Assembly (NCBI GenBank): GCA_965222605.1 | Contig: OZ244960.1 | Span: forward strand, 1,696,001-1,760,000 | Length of the DNA stretch: 64,000 nt | Source: Candidatus Latescibacterota bacterium | GTDB taxonomy: Bacteria > Latescibacterota > UBA2968 | Reading direction: 5' to 3' | In this document: positions 40,790 to 50,674 of the stretch, piece by piece | Layout: each line of letters begins with the position of its first letter | Numbering within the stretch: position 1 is the first letter of the stretch | Notes under the pieces: model-generated | Database searches by the model: none | The model's input: only the letters and a program-made list of their open reading frames with translations | What the model was told of the DNA's origin: nothing | Translations under genes and position numbers: made by a program

Positions 40790-42910
40790 ATGGACCTCGG
40801 CGATACCAGTCTCTATTTTAATAGAGAGCTCTCATGGCTGCGTTTTAATCAGCGCGTATTACAAGAAGCCCGTACCCCCGAAAATCCCCTGTTGGAACGT
40901 GTCAAATTTCTGGGCATTGTGGCCAACAACCTCGACGAGTTTTTTGAAGTGCGCATAGCGGGCCTGCTCCAACAAGTAGAAGCGGGCATTTCTGACTACG
41001 GCCCCGATGGCCTCCTGCCCGAAGAACAAATTTCAGCCATTGCAAAAGAAGCTCATCGCATGGTTGAGGAGCAATACGCCTGCTGGAATGACGAACTCCT
41101 TCCCGCATTGCGCGATGCAGATGTTCGCATACGCACCGTCAGTACGCTTTCTGCCCGCGAAAAATCCTTTCTCGACGACTATTGCCACGCAGAATTCTAC
41201 CCGGTTTTAACCCCGCTCACCATCAGCCCTGCACACCCATTGCCACGCCTGATCAACAAAGCCCTTTGCATCGCCCTTTTGCTCAAAAACCGCGAAGGTG
41301 AAACACTGCTCGGCGTCGTGCAGGTTCCTCGTCTATTGCCGCGTCTGATTCGCTTGCCCCGAGAAGAAGACAGCCAGCGCATCGACTTTGTCTTCCTTGC
41401 CGATATTGTTCAGGCACATATTCCCGAACTTTTCCGGGGATATCAAATTCTCGACACCGCTGCTTTCCGCATCACCCGAAATAGCGATCTTTATCTGGAC
41501 GAAGAAGAAGCCGACGACTTATTGCTCGCCATTGAAGACGAATTGCAAAATCGGCGCAAAGGCGATACGGTCCGTCTCGAAATCGAAGCCGATGCCAGCC
41601 GGGCACTTGTCAAGCGCTTACAATCGACATACAGTCTGAAAAACAATCAGATTTATCAGGTCAACGGACCGGTGAATCTCAACCGTTTGATGGGACTTTA
41701 TAGCGCGACCCCCAGACCCGATTTGAAATATGCACCCTATCACCCGCCCGACCAGACTTATGAAGAAATCGAAACCCTCTTTGATCAGATCAAGCAAAAA
41801 GATATGTTGCTCCACCACCCCTACGATGCCTTTACACCCGTTGTTCAATTTGTCAATTCAGCGGCAACCGATCCCGGTGTGCTCGCCATCAAACAGACGC
41901 TCTATCGCACCAGCGAAGATTCGCCCGTTATCGATGCTTTGATTCGCGCTGCGGAGGCGGGGAAAGAAGTAACAGTGGTTGTTGAACTCAAAGCGCGATT
42001 TGACGAGGAATCCAATATTCGATGGGCGCGCCGCCTTCAGGATGCGGGTGTATGCGTCGTATATGGCGTCGTAGGCCTTAAAACGCATTGCAAACTCTCG
42101 CTGCTGGTCAGGCGCGAAACCAACAATGGCCTGCGGCGCTATGCCCACATCGGCACGGGCAATTACAATCCCTCAACAGCCCGACTTTATACGGACCTGG
42201 GGTTGTTCACAGCACGCGAAGACATCACAAACGATGTAGCCGAAGTTTTTAACCTGCTCACCACGCAATCTGCACATCCCCAGGTCAGCAAGATGCTCAT
42301 TGCGCCCTATACCATGCTCGATTCCATCCTTCAAAAAATCGACCGCGAAATCGACCATGCACGCAAAGGACGCACCGCCCACATTGTTGCGAAAATGAAT
42401 TCACTTCAAGACCCCAAAGTCATTCGCGCGCTGTATCGCGCATCGCAAAACGGCGTGCAAATTGACCTGATTGTGCGCGGTATATGCTGTCTGCGTGCGG
42501 GTGTTCCCGGTATAAGCGACAACATCAGAGTACGCAGCATCATCGGGCGATTTTTGGAACACAGCCGCATCTACTACTTTGAAAATGATGGAAATCCCGA
42601 TGTGTACATTGGCAGTGCCGATTGGATGCCTCGAAATTTGCGCCGCCGCGTAGAAACGCTTTGCCCCATCGAAGATCCGGACTTAATTACACGGATAAAA
42701 TCAGAACTCCTCAGCACATGCTTTGCCGACAATGTCAAATCGCGCAAACTACTGCCCGATGGCACAGACCGTCACATTGCACCCGCCCCAAACGAACCTT
42801 CATTCTGCATGCACGACATGCTCATGAACCTGTCTCTGGGCGAACCCGTCGATATCCCGGACTTTTTTCCCCAAACACCATCCTCAGTCGGATCGGCTGC
42901 TGCCACTTAA
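40790..42910 (+). CDS. ppk1: Polyphosphate kinase 1
   Basis: YFNRELSWLRFNQRVL, LLHHPY, KQTLYRTS, ELKARFDEE, LKTHCK, GSADWMPRNL. Confidence 0.97.
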   Translation: MDLGDTSLYFNRELSWLRFNQRVLQEARTPENPLLERVKFLGIVANNLDEFFEVRIAGLLQQVEAGISDYGPDGLLPEEQISAIAKEAHRMVEEQYACWNDELLPALRDADVRIRTVSTLSAREKSFLDDYCHAEFYPVLTPLTISPAHPLPRLINKALCIALLLKNREGETLLGVVQVPRLLPRLIRLPREEDSQRIDFVFLADIVQAHIPELFRGYQILDTAAFRITRNSDLYLDEEEADDLLLAIEDELQNRRKGDTVRLEIEADASRALVKRLQSTYSLKNNQIYQVNGPVNLNRLMGLYSATPRPDLKYAPYHPPDQTYEEIETLFDQIKQKDMLLHHPYDAFTPVVQFVNSAATDPGVLAIKQTLYRTSEDSPVIDALIRAAEAGKEVTVVVELKARFDEESNIRWARRLQDAGVCVVYGVVGLKTHCKLSLLVRRETNNGLRRYAHIGTGNYNPSTARLYTDLGLFTAREDITNDVAEVFNLLTTQSAHPQVSKMLIAPYTMLDSILQKIDREIDHARKGRTAHIVAKMNSLQDPKVIRALYRASQNGVQIDLIVRGICCLRAGVPGISDNIRVRSIIGRFLEHSRIYYFENDGNPDVYIGSADWMPRNLRRRVETLCPIEDPDLITRIKSELLSTCFADNVKSRKLLPDGTDRHIAPAPNEPSFCMHDMLMNLSLGEPVDIPDFFPQTPSSVGSAAAT

Positions 42911-43100
42911 ATGCAATCCCACCAGACGAGCTACCAGCACCGCCAGATAGGTTTGTCCCCAAACAGCTTCCAAAAGAGCCAGGTTTTTCGCCATCCGGCT
43001 CACAGGCATTATATCTCCATAGCCCAGAGTGGTCATTGTTACAAAAGAAAAATAAATCATATCTGAAAACCCACCCTGGACATGATCCGAAAACAAAATC
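42884..43100 (-). pseudogene. C-terminal remnant of a two-TM potassium channel (Ion_trans_2)
   Basis: YFSFVTMTTLGYGDIMP...EAVWGQTYLAVLVARLVG; no N-terminal TM helices and no good start. Confidence 0.65.
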
Positions 43101-43201
43101 GCATTCTGGACCTTTACTCTTTGATCTCTCCACGCTGTCCTCCATTTGCTCTTCTCACCATTTCTGGACTGTTCTCCATTCCCAGCACTGCCCTCAATCA
43201 C

Positions 43202-44497
43202 CTATTTTAACGTCACGCGCCTGTACCAGTTCTGCAGCACATCGTACAAATGCGCTTGTTTCTCGTTATAATTGGGATCGCGTAGCAGATTATTCATCTC
43301 GTAGGGATCATTTTCCAAATCGAACAGATGTGTTGCCTCAAAGCCTTCTTTTTGCACCACCAGCTTAAACGCGCCTTCGCGCACCATACACCAGGGCTGC
43401 ATTTCTGAAAACACCGGTCGTTCTAAGCTTTGCGAAGGATCGCTCATCAGAGGCGCGAAACTATCGCCCTCTACCGAAGGCTCGGGGGGCTGTCCAGCGC
43501 AATCTACACAAGTCGCAAAAAAATCCACACCAGATACCAGATCATCCACCACTGCACCTGCTGCACCACCCGGTGCGCGAACAATCAGGGGAATGCGACT
43601 CGACTCCTCCCAGGCCTTGCCCTTATTCGTCTCTCCGTGACTACCCTGCAAATCTCCGTGATCCGACGTAAACATCACCACCGTATTATCCCGCAACCCC
43701 ATGCGATCCAGCGCATCCATCATCCGCCCCACATTTGCATCCAACTGCGTCACCATCGCGTAATACGCGCGCAGATATTCATTCAGATTATTGCCATAGC
43801 GTTGATAAATCGGATCATTCTCCTGGGGTTTGGGACTCGGCGGGCTGTGCGTTCTCGTATAGGGATCAACCTCCTCGCAATTTGGACGTCGCGCAATGGT
43901 CACGCCCCGATACATCTCGTCGTATTCATATCCCGGTTGCTCGGGATAATGCGGATTCTGATAGGACACAAACAGTGCGAAAGGCGCGTTCTCCGCCATC
44001 TTCTCCATTCGCTCAATCGCAATATCACTTGTCACATCCGTTCTGTGATGACCGTACCAATATTCATCACCTGCTTCATCGTAAAACTTCACACTGTGCA
44101 AAAAATCATTATAACACTGATACCCGATAAACTCCGTGAAATCCGCCCGCAACTCGGGTGGTATCCACACATTACCCGTTGCGCCCAAATGCCACTTGCC
44201 CACCCAACCGGTTCGATATCCCGCATCATTTAGCGTGCCTGCCAGTGTGCGCGTCCCCTCGGGAATATACCGCCCATTGCGCAACGTATCTGTCTGCGAT
44301 CCATATTGCCCCGAAATGAGCGTCGCGCGAAACGGCGTACAAACCGGCGCATTGGAATAACAATTTCGAAACAAGACCCCTTCTCGCGCCAGCTTGTCCA
44401 GATTTGGCGTGTGAATATCCTCCGTTCCCATACACCCCATCGCAAAAGCGTGCATCTGATCGGCAAAAAGAAAAAGAATATTCGGTCTATCGCTCAT
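43202..44497 (-). CDS. Sulfatase (Cys-type, FGly)
   Basis: PNILFLFADQ, CTPFR, GKWHL, FTSDHG. Confidence 0.93.
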   Translation of the reverse strand: MSDRPNILFLFADQMHAFAMGCMGTEDIHTPNLDKLAREGVLFRNCYSNAPVCTPFRATLISGQYGSQTDTLRNGRYIPEGTRTLAGTLNDAGYRTGWVGKWHLGATGNVWIPPELRADFTEFIGYQCYNDFLHSVKFYDEAGDEYWYGHHRTDVTSDIAIERMEKMAENAPFALFVSYQNPHYPEQPGYEYDEMYRGVTIARRPNCEEVDPYTRTHSPPSPKPQENDPIYQRYGNNLNEYLRAYYAMVTQLDANVGRMMDALDRMGLRDNTVVMFTSDHGDLQGSHGETNKGKAWEESSRIPLIVRAPGGAAGAVVDDLVSGVDFFATCVDCAGQPPEPSVEGDSFAPLMSDPSQSLERPVFSEMQPWCMVREGAFKLVVQKEGFEATHLFDLENDPYEMNNLLRDPNYNEKQAHLYDVLQNWYRRVTLK

Positions 44498-44544
44498 GCG
44501 TTGCTCCTTTTTGATTAGCGTCATCCGTATTTGAATTTTACAAC

Positions 44545-45555
44545 CTAAAATCGCGATCCTTCAAATTGCCCAAACTGCGATGAAACGCCGACACTATCGC
44601 CTACCTGTTGCAGCAAATCGAGGTGCTCATCTGCCATAGGAATACCGATCTCGCGGTGCTCTTTTTCCCATTGCCATTCCATCCCGCCAGCCAACTCTGC
44701 GCGATCGTGTCCCGGCAGGGGTTTCGTGGCACGCGCTTCGCCGATATAGCGATCCATCTCTTGCTTAAACGTCTCGACATCTGCAAATCGCTTCACGTCA
44801 AACACCGCAATAAACGCACCTTGATGTGGCGCTGCACCTTTGCCTTCACCGGTAAATTCATACCCTTCATTCCAGATACCAGCCAAAATCCCTCCCATCG
44901 CCTGTAGCACAGCCGCCAGCCCCAACCCCTTGAAAATCGCGGCGGGAAATTTTGCGAATGATGCGTTATCATAAGGTATAAAGTTCGCCGCCATATCCAT
45001 AACCAGCGGGGGTTGTTCACCCGCGGGCACGGCAATACTAATCGGCGACCCTCCCGACGCGCTCATAACCGTCGCCTCTGGACGCGGGTGATAGCGATGA
45101 GAAGACAGCGCCATCCCAATACAATCGCTGGCAAGAGCCATGCGAGAATAATTGCCCGCTGCGCCAAAGTGGAAGTGATTGCGCGTTATCACCGTACTCA
45201 CACCCACTTTTAACGCCTTTTCAATCGCCATCTCTGTTCCCCAATGCGACGGGAAATACCCCAACCCGCCATCCCCATCCAGTATAGCCGTCGCCGCTGA
45301 CTCGGACACCACCGTCACATTGGGCTGCGGATTGGTATGCCCATTTTTCATTTCGGATATATAGCTACGCACCTGCCGCGTACCGTGACTGAACACACAG
45401 CGCAAATCATTTGCCGTCAACGTGACCGCCATATGCTGCGCGTGTTCTTCAGACGTACCCACGGCGAGAAAAAGCGCGCGAACATAAGCTTCCATCACCT
45501 CACATGGCACGCGAATCCCGTGGTCTGGATGTGAATTAAATAACCGCGAAGGCAT
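44545..45555 (-). CDS. Ldh_2-family (YbiC/ComC-like) oxidoreductase
   Basis: DLRCVFSHG, LDGDGGLG, RNHFHFGAAGNY, PISIAVP..PLVMDMA, KGLGL. Confidence 0.85.
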   Translation of the reverse strand: MPSRLFNSHPDHGIRVPCEVMEAYVRALFLAVGTSEEHAQHMAVTLTANDLRCVFSHGTRQVRSYISEMKNGHTNPQPNVTVVSESAATAILDGDGGLGYFPSHWGTEMAIEKALKVGVSTVITRNHFHFGAAGNYSRMALASDCIGMALSSHRYHPRPEATVMSASGGSPISIAVPAGEQPPLVMDMAANFIPYDNASFAKFPAAIFKGLGLAAVLQAMGGILAGIWNEGYEFTGEGKGAAPHQGAFIAVFDVKRFADVETFKQEMDRYIGEARATKPLPGHDRAELAGGMEWQWEKEHREIGIPMADEHLDLLQQVGDSVGVSSQFGQFEGSRF

Positions 45556-45736
45556 AATTCCTCCATAGGAGAAATAGCTTAATAGTGGTATAGTATTTGC
45601 TACTTATTGCATGCAACGAAAAACAGTGGTATAATAGAACATATTGTTTCAGAATCATTTATGGATGGTTGAACAAAATATTCTGAAATAGCCATTTAAG
45701 GAATTATTAAAACACTAAATATTTCAAAAATAGGCA

Positions 45737-45765
45737 TTGACAAATATCCCAAAATAGGATATAAT
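45737..45765 (+). promoter_or_regulatory. Consensus sigma70 promoter of the MTase with a palindromic operator in its spacer
   Basis: TTGACA-17 bp-TATAAT; ATATCC-N7-GGATAT at 45744-45762; ATG 6 nt after the -10. Confidence 0.8.
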
Positions 45766-45771
45766 ATTGCT

Positions 45772-46518
45772 ATGAATTTTGCTCAGATTGATCTTTTTGA
45801 GGCCACCATGAAGAAAAAAAATAAGCGAGTGCAAGGCGGGAACTCTACTTCAAATGTAATTATGTCTGCCCATGTTCATGGCAATGCTGAGGTCTTTCCT
45901 CAGATTCTATCTCTGCATGTTCCCAAAGGTTCTGTTGTTGCTGATGTTACCTGGGGTAAGGGTGTTTTTTGGCGAAATGTGCCAGATGGGCTATATGACG
46001 TAAAAGCTACAGATATATCAATGGGGGTTGATTGCAGGGATTTGCCTTATACGGATGGTTATATTGACTGCGTTGTGCTTGATCCTCCATATATGGAAGG
46101 CTTTTATAGAAAATCTCCAGCGCATAAAGCAGGTTCGGGTTCACATTCATCATTTAGGGAAGCATACTCAAATGGCAATGAAGTAAATACCAGATTCAAA
46201 GGTACGAGAAATTGGCACGGTGCAGTGACAGATATGTATTTTTTCGCAGGCAAAGAAGCGTTTCGAGTTTTAAAAGATAAAGGAGTCTTGATCGTCAAAT
46301 GCCAAGATGAAGTCAGTGCAAATAAACAATGGTTAACACATGTAGAAATCATTAATGAATATGAGAAGATGGGTTTCTATACAAAAGATCTCTTTGTAGT
46401 AGTTCGGCAAAACAGACCATCAATTAGCAGACTTAAACGACAAGTTCACGCGCGAAAGAATCATTCGTATTTTTTGGTTTTTATCAAAAATGCTTTTCCA
46501 AAAAGGTCAAAAGGTTAA
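45772..46518 (+). CDS. Amino (N6A/N4C) DNA methyltransferase, M.NruI-like
   Basis: Motif I ADVTWGKG precedes motif IV DPPY; [10 protein letters not shown]; convergent with the endonuclease. Confidence 0.85.
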   Translation: MNFAQIDLFEATMKKKNKRVQGGNSTSNVIMSAHVHGNAEVFPQILSLHVPKGSVVADVTWGKGVFWRNVPDGLYDVKATDISMGVDCRDLPYTDGYIDCVVLDPPYMEGFYRKSPAHKAGSGSHSSFREAYSNGNEVNTRFKGTRNWHGAVTDMYFFAGKEAFRVLKDKGVLIVKCQDEVSANKQWLTHVEIINEYEKMGFYTKDLFVVVRQNRPSISRLKRQVHARKNHSYFLVFIKNAFPKRSKG

Positions 46519-47129
46519 ATGACGATAGGATCGGAGCCTTCTCCTTCTTCTGCCATTTTATCAAGCAAAGAGCGTATGTCTGAGTAAAATGGAGGTTCTG
46601 GAGGCCAAATGATGGTTATTAGACTGGCGATCAAATTCTCTCTTTGGTACTGAGTATATCCTCTATATGTCGAGCAAGGAAGGTCCTGATTTCGCGCAAA
46701 AACAAAATTCCATTTCTTGTTGAATGCATAGCAGTTTACTGCCAGAATGTCAAACTCACCCCTCCGTAGGAGTGTGGTATTCAGTTTCGAGCCATCAGGC
46801 AACGTAATAATACGCCTATCACTTGCATCTACTTGAGCTTTACCTGACCAGCGAGAATTTTCTTTTTCATATTTGATTGAGGATGTTTGAAGTGATTTTG
46901 ATTCTAAATTGAAAGCGCGATTTTTGTATAAAATATAAAGATCTCCTTTCTTTTTTCTATCGTGATCATCGAATTTAGTAATGGAAGAAACTTCGGGAAA
47001 TGTGACTATCCTTTCTTTTAATTTTAATTCAGCAACATATCCAAGTAGCATACCGCGTAAGCTAGGATTCTCGTCAAGCAGATCGGTAAGCTGTTCAGGC
47101 GTGATACCCCATTCTCTCAAAATTGTCAC
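46515..47129 (-). CDS. Type II restriction endonuclease, NruI/Sbo13I-like PD-(D/E)XK
   Basis: [40 protein letters not shown]; resembles R.NruI as recalled, not searched. Confidence 0.75.
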   Translation of the reverse strand: MTILREWGITPEQLTDLLDENPSLRGMLLGYVAELKLKERIVTFPEVSSITKFDDHDRKKKGDLYILYKNRAFNLESKSLQTSSIKYEKENSRWSGKAQVDASDRRIITLPDGSKLNTTLLRRGEFDILAVNCYAFNKKWNFVFARNQDLPCSTYRGYTQYQRENLIASLITIIWPPEPPFYSDIRSLLDKMAEEGEGSDPIVI

Positions 47130-47371
47130 GATTTTGTCTCCTCTTTCAGCTTTTTTATTATTTCGCAGGGATCGATATTCAAAGCCTCTGTTATTTCGAG
47201 AAATTCGATTACATCGAGACGTCTTTCTCCATTCTCATATTTTGATACGAAAGATTGAGGGCGTCCAAGAAGCCGGGCGAGTTGCGTTTGTGTAATTGAT
47301 TGAGACCGCCGATGTTGCGTTAATAAACTGCGGAATACCTCATATTTGGGCGTAAAGACGGATTGTGTCAT
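47126..47371 (-). CDS. XRE-family HTH controller (C) protein
   Basis: TQTQLARLLGRPQSFVSKYENGERRLDVIEF; overlaps the REase start. Confidence 0.85.
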   Translation of the reverse strand: MTQSVFTPKYEVFRSLLTQHRRSQSITQTQLARLLGRPQSFVSKYENGERRLDVIEFLEITEALNIDPCEIIKKLKEETKS

Positions 47372-47404
47372 TTTTTCCTTTCTTTAATTTTTCAGAAAAT
47401 ATAA

Positions 47405-47436
47405 TAACCCAACATAGAATATCCCGAAAAAGGATA
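47405..47436. promoter_or_regulatory. Tandem C-box-like operators upstream of the C gene
   Basis: TATCC-N7-GGATA at 47420-47436 and degenerate TAACC-N7-GAATA at 47405-47421 (15-bp offset). Confidence 0.7.
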
Positions 47437-47558
47437 AAAGGCGACTAACTTTAGCCATCTGGTTTGTTTGCGGCGAATTTTATCTAACAACTGTAAGACC
47501 CAAGCGTTTTTAACCTTGGGGTAAAAGGGCCTTACCTTTATGGAGCGGAGCTTCAGCA

Positions 47559-47787
47559 TGGGCACCCCGCACAAAGCGATGTGGGTGGTGCGTCATTAAG
47601 AATCATCCGCATCTATCACTGCTTTAATCAGGCGTATCAAAGGTTACACAGCACATTGTCTGCGTCAAGAGTTTCCCAAACTTAAAAGCTGGCTTCCGTC
47701 CTTGTGCGTCGCAAATTTGTTTCAACAGTAGGCGAGGTAACTTTGCCTGTTTTGATGCGCTATGTGGAAAACCAAAAAGGTGTATAA
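47559..47787 (+). pseudogene. tnpA: Y1 transposase TnpA remnant
   Basis: IKGYTAHCLRQEFPKLKSWLPSL, frameshift near 47705, then FVSTVG...RYVENQKGV*; HUH-containing N-terminus absent. Confidence 0.8.
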
Positions 47788-48914
47788 TGGACTATCTCAC
47801 CTACAAATACAAGCTGTATAGTCAGTGTGATCGTAACAGGTATATCCATCAAGATATAGACGCTTTTGCAGGCGTGTATAATCATTTCATAGCGTTGCAT
47901 AAGCGATACTATCGGCGGTTTGACAAGTATCCAAGCAAGTTCACGCTGATTAAGCACCTTGCAAAGCTGAAAAAGACAGCGCGGTTTGCTCACTATTGTT
48001 TGTTGCCGTCCCAGGCATTGCAGAATGTGATAGAACGCATTGACTTTGGGTATCAGAAGTTCTTTGCAAAGGACAACAAGCGACCGCCTAAGTTCCGATC
48101 ACGGTTCAAATACAAGTCCTATACTCTGAAACAATCAGGCTACGAATTTTTGGATGGCAACAAAATTCAAATTGGTTTCGGTGTTCGTGGTAAAATCAAA
48201 CGCATATTTCGGTATCACAAGAGCAGAGACTTCGATGTAGAAAGCGTTAAAACGGTCACAATTAAACGTGACCGCGTAGGTGATTTATGGCTGTGTATTT
48301 GTGCGAAGGCGTCAAGTTTCAAGTTGAGCATTGCTAAGACGGGTAAAACCGCAGGCTTTGACTTCGGCTTGAAAACATACTTGACCGCCTCAGACGGTAC
48401 ACAGATACAATCACCTCGGTTTTTCAAACGCAATTCAAGGAGGGTCAAAAAGGCCAACCGTATGCTATCACGCAAGCAGAAAGGGAGCAACAACCGTCGC
48501 AGAGTAAGAGTTAATCTTGCCAGAGTGCATCGGCGTGTTGCCAATCAGCGTGAGGCATTCCACTGGTGGCTTGCCCATCACCTTTGCAAGCAATATGACG
48601 TGTTGTGCTTTGAAAAGTTGAATATCAAAGCGATGCAAAGACTATGGGGTAGGAAAATCAGCGATCTTGGCTTTGCTGACTTCTTGATTATCCTGAAGTA
48701 TGTGGCAGAAAAGACAGGCAAGGCAGTTGTGCAAATCGGCAAGTGGTTGCCCTCGTCTAAAACATGCTCTGTTTGTGGCACGATCAAAGATAGCCTTGAG
48801 TTGCGAGAAAGAACCTTTCGTTGTTGTGAATGCGGTTTTGTATCAGATAGAGACCTCAACGCAGCGATAAACATTCACAGGTGGGGGCGTCCACCTCTGG
48901 AGGAGGTAGCGTAA
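47787..48914 (+). CDS. tnpB: RNA-guided endonuclease TnpB
   Basis: TYKYKLY N-terminus; RuvC D (GFDFGLK), E (CFEKLNI), D (DRDLNAAINI); Zn finger CSVCG...CCECG. Confidence 0.95.
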   Translation: MDYLTYKYKLYSQCDRNRYIHQDIDAFAGVYNHFIALHKRYYRRFDKYPSKFTLIKHLAKLKKTARFAHYCLLPSQALQNVIERIDFGYQKFFAKDNKRPPKFRSRFKYKSYTLKQSGYEFLDGNKIQIGFGVRGKIKRIFRYHKSRDFDVESVKTVTIKRDRVGDLWLCICAKASSFKLSIAKTGKTAGFDFGLKTYLTASDGTQIQSPRFFKRNSRRVKKANRMLSRKQKGSNNRRRVRVNLARVHRRVANQREAFHWWLAHHLCKQYDVLCFEKLNIKAMQRLWGRKISDLGFADFLIILKYVAEKTGKAVVQIGKWLPSSKTCSVCGTIKDSLELRERTFRCCECGFVSDRDLNAAINIHRWGRPPLEEVA

Positions 48915-49073
48915 GACGTGATGATCAGGATACCTAAACCTATCTTGTGAAGCACGCTACTGCCATTGATACCACAATCTCTTGCTGAAGCATCGAGCAC
49001 GCGCAAGCATGCCGTAGGCACATCACAATGCTTTAGCTTTGGGAGTATGTCAACTACTCACGCATGCCATTGA
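48880..49073 (+). ncRNA. Predicted TnpB omegaRNA (right-end RNA plus flanking guide)
   Basis: Inferred from established IS605 architecture; guide is about 49054-49073 CTACTCACGCATGCCATTGA; 5' end approximate. Confidence 0.5.
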
Positions 49074-50533
49074 ATCTGGGGCATATCGGATTTTGGGGGT
49101 GGCGGCCAGTGTTGCCCGCGCTGGCTGGTAAGCCCCCGATTGGGACCGGGGTGATACGGCTGGTCTGGCAGGCCCACCAATTGTCCATTCTCGACCCATG
49201 CTTTATCCTCGCCGTAAAGTTCGCCAATCAAAAGCTCTGTCAACCGCGCCAGAATCTCGGCGTGTTGCGGGTCGCACGATAAATCCACGAGTTCCTGAGG
49301 ATCAGCTTTCAGATCAAAAAGCTGCCGACAATTTCCCACAGAATAGTAAATCAACTTGTAGCGTCCATCGCAAATCATCCGCGTCGCGTGGGCATCTTCG
49401 CCGACCTCGCCGTAAAACCAATCCCGCTCTTGTTCGCCAACCATCGACATTCCCTCCACAGTATCGGAAATATCTATACCCGCCAGATCCAACAACGTAG
49501 GCATCACATCTTGCCACCCCACCAGGCGATCATCCACGCGATTGAACCCGACTCGTTCATCGCCAGCCGTACCCAACAAAATCATCGGAATATTAGCCGA
49601 ACCCTCGTAGAAAAGACGCTTCGCCAACATATTGTGATTGCCCAACATATCACCGTGATCCGACGTAAAACAAATAATCGTATTGTCGAGCAATCCTTCC
49701 TCCCTCAGCGTGCCAATCAATACGCGCAGGCTGTGGTCAATATGGGTACACAGGGCATAAAACGCACGCCGCGCCATCTCGATTTGAACTGCACTGTGCT
49801 TGTCTCCTCGAGCAGTCATCGATTGAAGACTATAGGGAAGATTTCCAGACTGAACCCAATCGCCCATAAACGGCGTATCAATCTCCATATCCCGATAAAA
49901 ATCCAGGTACTTTTGCAACGGCACAATCGGCGGATGTGGATGCCGATAAGAAACAAACCAGAACGAAGGGCGCGAGGGATCTCGCCTTTTAATAAATCGC
50001 ACCATGTTCTGAGTCGCCCAATTTGTCGCATGGGTTTCATCGGGCAAATGCCAGGGCATCGCGCTATACTCGTTATTGCTCATGCCGTGATTAAAGTGCT
50101 CGCCCGCATAGCCCTGATCGCCTAAAAAAAGCTCGTAATCGTCGAGAACCCCGTACTGCGTGCGCCCCTCTTCGTCTAAAATCACATCGTCAAACCCAAT
50201 GCGATCCCGCTGCGGATACACATGCAACTTGCCCACAGCATACGCCTGATATCCCGCATTGCGAAACGTCTGCGCCATCGTTGGCATATCGGGCATTTCG
50301 AGCGTCTCCACAAACACCCGATCCCCGTGCGTTCGCGGCGTGGTGCCCGTCATCAACGTGCGCCGCGCCGGAATACACACCGGACATTCGGCATAACAAT
50401 TGGAAAACCGCACACCACTTCGCGCCAATTCATCCAGCGTCGGCGTCTGAATTACAGGATGGCCAGCACATCCCAAAAGATGGGCTGGCCAGTGGTCTGT
50501 TGAAATCAACAGGACGTTCGGTTGTGTAGCCAT
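49058..50533 (-). CDS. Sulfatase (Cys-type; arylsulfatase/choline-sulfatase-like)
   Basis: PNVLLISTDH, CIPAR, GKLH, PHPP, FTSDHGDMLG. Confidence 0.93.
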   Translation of the reverse strand: MATQPNVLLISTDHWPAHLLGCAGHPVIQTPTLDELARSGVRFSNCYAECPVCIPARRTLMTGTTPRTHGDRVFVETLEMPDMPTMAQTFRNAGYQAYAVGKLHVYPQRDRIGFDDVILDEEGRTQYGVLDDYELFLGDQGYAGEHFNHGMSNNEYSAMPWHLPDETHATNWATQNMVRFIKRRDPSRPSFWFVSYRHPHPPIVPLQKYLDFYRDMEIDTPFMGDWVQSGNLPYSLQSMTARGDKHSAVQIEMARRAFYALCTHIDHSLRVLIGTLREEGLLDNTIICFTSDHGDMLGNHNMLAKRLFYEGSANIPMILLGTAGDERVGFNRVDDRLVGWQDVMPTLLDLAGIDISDTVEGMSMVGEQERDWFYGEVGEDAHATRMICDGRYKLIYYSVGNCRQLFDLKADPQELVDLSCDPQHAEILARLTELLIGELYGEDKAWVENGQLVGLPDQPYHPGPNRGLTSQRGQHWPPPPKSDMPQIQWHA

Positions 50534-50674
50534 AAAATACCTCGCGTTTCGGTTAGCCTTCTCATCTCTTTAGCGGGCTGTGATACAGGGACTTGACACC
50601 GTGCAAAAGGTTCGCTAAGTTCGAGTATTAGCTGTTAGTTCTCTTTGAAAAAGCCGTGTTTTGTGGAGATTGCC

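Larger units (their letters stand above)
47484..49053 (+). mobile_element. IS200/IS605-family element, non-autonomous
   Basis: Left-end hairpin CCCAAG...CTTGGG near 47500-47520; tnpA remnant; tnpB; right end ...GCTTTAGCTTTGGGAGTATGTCAA. Left boundary approximate. Confidence 0.85.
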
